Source of the DNA: Candidatus Termititenax sp. | Lineage (GTDB): Bacteria; Margulisbacteria; Riflemargulisbacteria; GWF2-35-9; DYQY01 | Assembly (NCBI GenBank): GCA_020719045.1 | Contig: DYQY01000001.1 | Location: 128,198 to 192,197 of the forward strand | Direction: 5' to 3' | Length of the DNA stretch: 64,000 nt | Shown here: positions 59,609 to 64,000 of the stretch, piece after piece | Position numbering within the stretch: the stretch's first letter is position 1 | Layout: each line of letters opens with the position of its first letter | Made by a program: the position numbers and the translations under genes | Notes under the pieces: generated by a model | The model's input: only the letters and a program-made list of their open reading frames with translations | Told to the model about the DNA's origin: nothing | Database searches by the model: none

Positions 59609-62600
59609 ATGGTAAGTTTTAACGAGATGAAAAATATACAAAGTTACTCTAATTCTTCCAAGAAAATGGAGGAAGAGGCGCTCCTACAAAGACTAATTGA
59701 TAAGAAGGCTGCGCAAAAGAGTCAAGACAAGAATCTGCAGGAGGCAATGCAGACTCAAAAAGCGGCAGATGCTCAAAAGTTTGAAGGCATAAAAAGCAAG
59801 TACGAGACGCAGTTTAAAGCATTAGAACAAATCGCAAAACAACTTAATGTTAAGGTGCAAGACCTTAATTCAAATCTAATAAAACAAGCAGTAACTTCTT
59901 TAGATAAGACTCAGCAAGAGGTAGTTCAGAGTATTCTCAAGAACGAACAGTTATCGCAGTTAAAGCAAGAGCATCAGAATTATCAGCTAAAGAATAAAGG
60001 TGTAGAGCAACAATTCTCAAAAGAAATGCAATTAATGGAGAGCATCGCTAAGGCATTGCGTGTTCCAGTAGATCAGCTTTCTGCAGGAGATGTTCAGAAA
60101 TTTCTTCAAATTATTAAGAAAAGTTCGTCAGAGAATGTTACGGCACAAGAACAGGTTGACCAGCTTGCAAAAGAGCTAGGTGTCCCAAAAGAGCAATTAA
60201 GCACAAAAGATATTCAGAAGTTATTGGATTTGTTTGGAAAGCAGAAGCTAGGAGCTAGACAGCAAAGTGGAGATGTTCAATCAAAGCAGACAGAAGTTAA
60301 AGCTGATTCAAAGTTTGATAAGTTGGAGGCAAGACAGGAAGAGATTCAAAAAATACTTGATAAACTTAAAGGAAAGCAAGAAGAAGCTCTTAATAGGCTT
60401 AACAGTAAAGATCAAGAATCTCAAAAGGTTTTGGAAAAACAGATTGGAACATTACAGGGGAAACTTGGTCAGCTGGAACAAAGCCTACAACAGCTGAGTA
60501 GTCAGATTAATAAAACAGTTGATAAGGGTAAAAAGGAAGAGCTTGAAGCGAGAAAGTCTGAGTTAGAAGGACAGATTAAAGATCTTAAAGGTAGCATGAA
60601 GGACCTTCAGAGTCAGAGAACATCTAGACAAGAAGAATCAAGTCAACTTAAGGGTAAATACGAAAAAGCAACCAAAGGACAGGATGAAGCAGGTCAAATA
60701 GAGAGTAGATTAAAAGAATTATCCAAGTTGGAGCACCAGTTATTATCAAAATCAGATAAAACAACAGAAGAGAGCAAAAATACTCAGATTAAAGAGAAGC
60801 TGGAAGCTGTAAGACATGAGAAAGAAGCATTAACAAAAACGTTAGAAGCATCAGGCATTAAAACTGGCACTAATAAGATGGATGCTCATGGATTATCAAA
60901 GAAAGAAACAAATAATGATGTTCAAACAGGTGATTCTGAAACAGGAGAGAATATAGCTAAACCTGAAAAAAAAGAATTAGAGAAGAAGGATTTATCTGCT
61001 GTTGAGCGCAAGGTAGTTAAGGAAGAAGTCCCTATAAAACAGTCATTAATAAAAGATATTTTTCTTAAGCTCGATAAAGCGGAGGCAGATTTAAGGTTCC
61101 GTGAGGTATTTGAAAAAGAAATTAACCAACAATCATCTAAGGAAGTTAATAATAAACTTATAGAGGTAAAAAGCACACTAAAGGATGTTCAGTTTCTGAA
61201 AGATAATTTAGGTCAGATAAACAAGCTGCCAAACGCAGATAAGGCAGCCGCTTTAAAGCAAATTTTAGGTGAGATAAAGAGTGATCAGTTGAAGTCGAAG
61301 ATAGAAGCAACTATCAGACAGAGTAATGTAGCAAATGAAATAGTTGATAGCATAGTTACTGGTAATAAGTCAGAAATTAGTGATGCAGAAGCTGTTTTGG
61401 TTTCTGCTTGTGACCTAGATGATTTAAGCGAGGAACAACTTGCTAAGCTATTTGATGTGATGGGAGATAAGGTTGGTCAGTTAAAAGTTAGCGTTAATTC
61501 AATAAGCGCACTTAAGCAAGCAATGAAGGCGGAAGCTGTTGAGATTAAGGAGCAAAGAGAAAACTTAGTAAGTACACTTAAGACTATTGTTGAAACAAAA
61601 AGTAGTGGCAATTTAGGTGCTAATGAAATATTGGCATTATTTAACACTGGATCTTTAGGTCGGGAATCTATTGAGCAGCTAATGAAGCAGTTTGAAAATT
61701 TACAAACAATGGAGTCTCAGGTTCAGTTCGTTTTATTATTAAGAGATTTGTTTGGTAAAGACGTAAATGCCTTAAGGTTGCTTGCGAGTATGTTAGTTGC
61801 TGATGGAAAAGTAGATGAATCATTTATTGAGGAAGAGTTAGGAGTTCTTTTTACCAAAGATGGCGCAGTTGAGGGTGCTCCTGTTAGCAGGGAGGCGTTG
61901 GCAGTTTTGTCTAAGTTTGCAAAAATTTCACCAGAGCAGTTAGCAAACAATGAAGGTCTACAGCAGATGGTTCAGAAGGGTAGAATCGATAGAGAGATTT
62001 TTGAAAAACTAGTTAAGAAACAAGTTTCAGAAGATGCTTGGGATTATGGGGTTATGTCTTTTAATAAGAACAATGTTGGTTTGCTTAAGGAAAGAGCAGA
62101 AATCAATAGCTTGGAAGATTTTTGGAAGTTGATGGAGAGATTTTCTTCCGGAGGAGAAAGCGACGTATTAGAGACAGCTGAGTTATTTTTGTCTACTATT
62201 AAGTTTACGGTTTATCAAAGAGAGTTAATATCGTTTTTTGTTACACAATATCAGGAGTATTTTATTGACCCTGATTTTCATTTATTTGATTTATACAGTA
62301 AGTATATGGATGGGAACACGTTTTCCCAGCTATCTGAGGCTAGCAGAGAAGAGCTTTGTTTAGCCGTTTTGGTTAGAATGGTGAAATCGTTTGAAGGGCC
62401 CAATAAGCATCAGCAGTTTGAAAAGCTTATTGAGATGACTAAGCAAAAGGAAGATACTCTAGACTTTATTAGAAGTGTTGAGGTTTTTGAGTTTTATTTT
62501 AGTCATGGTGGGATGATTAATCGTGAGTATTTGGATGCGAATAAGGAGCTTAGACTCTTTGATAATGTTACGCAGTGGAATGATGAATTAAAATCAGAAC

Positions 62601-62713
62601 TAGACGAAAATACTATTTCGAAGATGATTGTTGGATTTACAAAACCAACCAAGAAACTTGATAGTGTTAATCTTGGTAAATTGTCTGACAGATTTAAGAA
62701 AAAAACTAGTTAG
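59609..62713 (+). CDS. Large (1034 aa) coiled-coil protein with N-terminal tandem repeats and no signal peptide
   Basis: The N-terminal half is Q/K/E-rich with three ~45-aa repeats ([IL]AK-x-L-x-VP-x-x-QLS-x-x-D[IV]QK[FL]L). The C-terminal 430 aa are globular and helical. Confidence 0.6.
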   Translation: MVSFNEMKNIQSYSNSSKKMEEEALLQRLIDKKAAQKSQDKNLQEAMQTQKAADAQKFEGIKSKYETQFKALEQIAKQLNVKVQDLNSNLIKQAVTSLDKTQQEVVQSILKNEQLSQLKQEHQNYQLKNKGVEQQFSKEMQLMESIAKALRVPVDQLSAGDVQKFLQIIKKSSSENVTAQEQVDQLAKELGVPKEQLSTKDIQKLLDLFGKQKLGARQQSGDVQSKQTEVKADSKFDKLEARQEEIQKILDKLKGKQEEALNRLNSKDQESQKVLEKQIGTLQGKLGQLEQSLQQLSSQINKTVDKGKKEELEARKSELEGQIKDLKGSMKDLQSQRTSRQEESSQLKGKYEKATKGQDEAGQIESRLKELSKLEHQLLSKSDKTTEESKNTQIKEKLEAVRHEKEALTKTLEASGIKTGTNKMDAHGLSKKETNNDVQTGDSETGENIAKPEKKELEKKDLSAVERKVVKEEVPIKQSLIKDIFLKLDKAEADLRFREVFEKEINQQSSKEVNNKLIEVKSTLKDVQFLKDNLGQINKLPNADKAAALKQILGEIKSDQLKSKIEATIRQSNVANEIVDSIVTGNKSEISDAEAVLVSACDLDDLSEEQLAKLFDVMGDKVGQLKVSVNSISALKQAMKAEAVEIKEQRENLVSTLKTIVETKSSGNLGANEILALFNTGSLGRESIEQLMKQFENLQTMESQVQFVLLLRDLFGKDVNALRLLASMLVADGKVDESFIEEELGVLFTKDGAVEGAPVSREALAVLSKFAKISPEQLANNEGLQQMVQKGRIDREIFEKLVKKQVSEDAWDYGVMSFNKNNVGLLKERAEINSLEDFWKLMERFSSGGESDVLETAELFLSTIKFTVYQRELISFFVTQYQEYFIDPDFHLFDLYSKYMDGNTFSQLSEASREELCLAVLVRMVKSFEGPNKHQQFEKLIEMTKQKEDTLDFIRSVEVFEFYFSHGGMINREYLDANKELRLFDNVTQWNDELKSELDENTISKMIVGFTKPTKKLDSVNLGKLSDRFKKKTS

Positions 62714-62772
62714 TAATTGCTCTGGTATTGTTTTTAAACTGTTTCTAATCACATCTAATTTTCTCTGTGCTA

Positions 62773-62801
62773 TTGCTTCGGTTTATTAATTTATGTATAA
62801 T
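62773..62801 (+). promoter_or_regulatory. Putative sigma-70-type promoter upstream of the AAA ATPase gene (-35 TTGCTT, 17-bp spacer, -10 TATAAT)
   Basis: Hexamers and spacing read directly from the sequence. Confidence 0.4.
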
Positions 62802-62824
62802 AAAGTAATTCTATAAAGGTTTAT

Positions 62825-63895
62825 GTGATTATAAGTAAAATGATAATTAGAAAAAAAGAAATATTAGAAACAGTTAAAACTATATCTGCGGGTAAGAACG
62901 CAATAGTTTATGGTCCTTTATATAGTGGAAAAACCACTTTTTTAAAACAGTTGGTTGGTGAGCTAGATAAAGAAAGTATTTCTTATTTTTTTGTAGACTG
63001 CAAAAAATGCTTTGATGAAAAGAGTTTTCTTAATGAGTACTCAAAGGAAGGTTTAAGGGTTTTATCTGGCAAAGTAGCTGGTGCAGTTAAAGATGCGTAT
63101 CAGATACTTCCAAATATTAAACCATCAATTAGTTCTAGTGGGTCAAAGGGAGCAGAATTGTCTATGTCATATAGTCTTACAGATGAAGACATTACTAAAT
63201 TTGCTGTTGATGTTTTGCAATCTCCTTATCGTATTAGTAAGTCAAGAGAAGAGCAAATAGTTGTTATATTGGATGATTATGAGAATTTAATAAATATAGA
63301 AACAATAAAGCTAGTTGAGTTTCTTTCTAAAAGTATGGGACAAGGGGTTGTCTATGTTTTAAGTACATCAGACCAAGATATGTTTTTATCAGTTGATAAG
63401 AAAATGCAGAAGAAGTTAGCTGTTGAGTTAATGTGTAGCCTAGAATCTTTTACGGAAGCTCAGGTAAAAAAAGAGGTTAGTGAGTTATTTAAGGACCAAG
63501 TCATCGAGGATGGTGCAATTGATTATTTAATTATGAATCTTTTTGGTGATATTAAGGCAATAATGGAGTTTGCTAATTATTATGGAAAGAATGAGCTAAC
63601 TACAAGAGGAATTAAAAGGATTTTTAATTCTATTATTGAAAAGAAAGAGCATATTTTTCAGTTATATTTTGACTCTTTGTCAGTTCATCAGAAGAAGTTT
63701 ATTATTGCTATTGCTAGACACACTGGAGAACATGTTTTTAAAGGTAAATTTATCAACAATAATGGTCTTATTTCTGTGCCTTCTGTTCAGACTTCCATTA
63801 AGGGCTTAGTAAAGAAGCAGTTTGTTTATAAAGATAATAACGGTATTAAGATTACAGATATATTTTTTGCAGAATGGATTAGGAGATATTTTTAG
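62825..63895 (+). CDS. Orc1/Cdc6-like 'archaeal-type' AAA+ ATPase with a C-terminal winged-helix
   Basis: Walker A GPLYSGKTT, Walker B VVILDDYE, and a C-terminal wH-like region. The start is GTG at 62825 (SD AAAGG) or ATG at 62840. Confidence 0.65.
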   Translation: MIISKMIIRKKEILETVKTISAGKNAIVYGPLYSGKTTFLKQLVGELDKESISYFFVDCKKCFDEKSFLNEYSKEGLRVLSGKVAGAVKDAYQILPNIKPSISSSGSKGAELSMSYSLTDEDITKFAVDVLQSPYRISKSREEQIVVILDDYENLINIETIKLVEFLSKSMGQGVVYVLSTSDQDMFLSVDKKMQKKLAVELMCSLESFTEAQVKKEVSELFKDQVIEDGAIDYLIMNLFGDIKAIMEFANYYGKNELTTRGIKRIFNSIIEKKEHIFQLYFDSLSVHQKKFIIAIARHTGEHVFKGKFINNNGLISVPSVQTSIKGLVKKQFVYKDNNGIKITDIFFAEWIRRYF

Positions 63896-64000
63896 TGTTT
63901 GATTTAATAGTAATTGATGTTGGTAACACCAACACCTCAATTGCCTACATTGTTGCTAATAATATTAAAAAGATAGAGCACAAAAAAACAAAGTATATTT
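63895..64000 (+). CDS. coaX: Type III pantothenate kinase (CoaX), N-terminal fragment running off the window
   Basis: VFDLIVIDVGNTNTSIAYI matches the CoaX N-terminal motif hhhIDxGNT. A GTG start overlaps the upstream stop. Confidence 0.6.
   Translation, partial: MFDLIVIDVGNTNTSIAYIVANNIKKIEHKKTKYI

Noticed and set aside
1-64000. I searched for tRNA, rRNA, tmRNA, RNase P RNA, SRP RNA, CRISPR repeats, IS elements and integrases.
   Set aside because: No conserved RNA signatures (for example GGTTCGAATCC T-loops or the RNase P AAAGTCCGG motif), no spaced direct repeats, and no transposase- or integrase-like ORFs were seen.

Overview
This is a low-GC (~37%), gene-dense segment of a diderm bacterial chromosome. 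I cannot place it taxonomically; a spirochaete-, Elusimicrobia- or Thermotogae-like origin is a guess only. I found no rRNA, tRNA, CRISPR array, transposase or integrase.

The window looks origin-proximal. The rsmG-parA-parB operon on the minus strand is flanked by three perfect consensus parS sites (TGTTTCACGTGAAACA), one of which overlaps the rsmG start codon and one of which lies inside nadE. mnmG sits 17 kb away.

Housekeeping genes present include lepA (3' end), hemW, trmL, dus, nadE, a rex-serA operon with Rex operators, glgP, mtaB, ahcY, a DEAD-box helicase, maf, mnmG, valS-folC, mazG, carB, ttcA and coaX (5' end).

The regulatory content is a sigma-54 module, a PhoR/PhoB-like two-component system next to a porin, a PhoU-like protein and a soluble histidine kinase. 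The sigma-54 module is an enhancer-binding protein with no receiver domain and a GAFTDA loop variant, overlapping a short rpoN.

Envelope-related genes include two beta-barrel outer membrane proteins, a prepilin-type pseudopilin, a GH5 lipoprotein, and a 6-kb glycan locus (one GT2, a Wzy/O-antigen-ligase-like protein, three GT4 and methyltransferases).

The candidates I would look at first are:
- a methyltransferase / DUF2156 (aminoacyl-transferase fold) / beta-propeller lipoprotein operon, with a divergent 667-aa orphan carrying degenerate nucleotidyltransferase motifs;
- a 1034-aa repeat-containing coiled-coil protein followed by an Orc1/Cdc6-like 'archaeal-type' AAA+ ATPase;
- an orphan two-gene hypothetical operon (3959-5096);
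- an orphan ORF bracketed by two parS sites;
- a decayed SulP transporter gene with a poly-G frameshift and an internal deletion.
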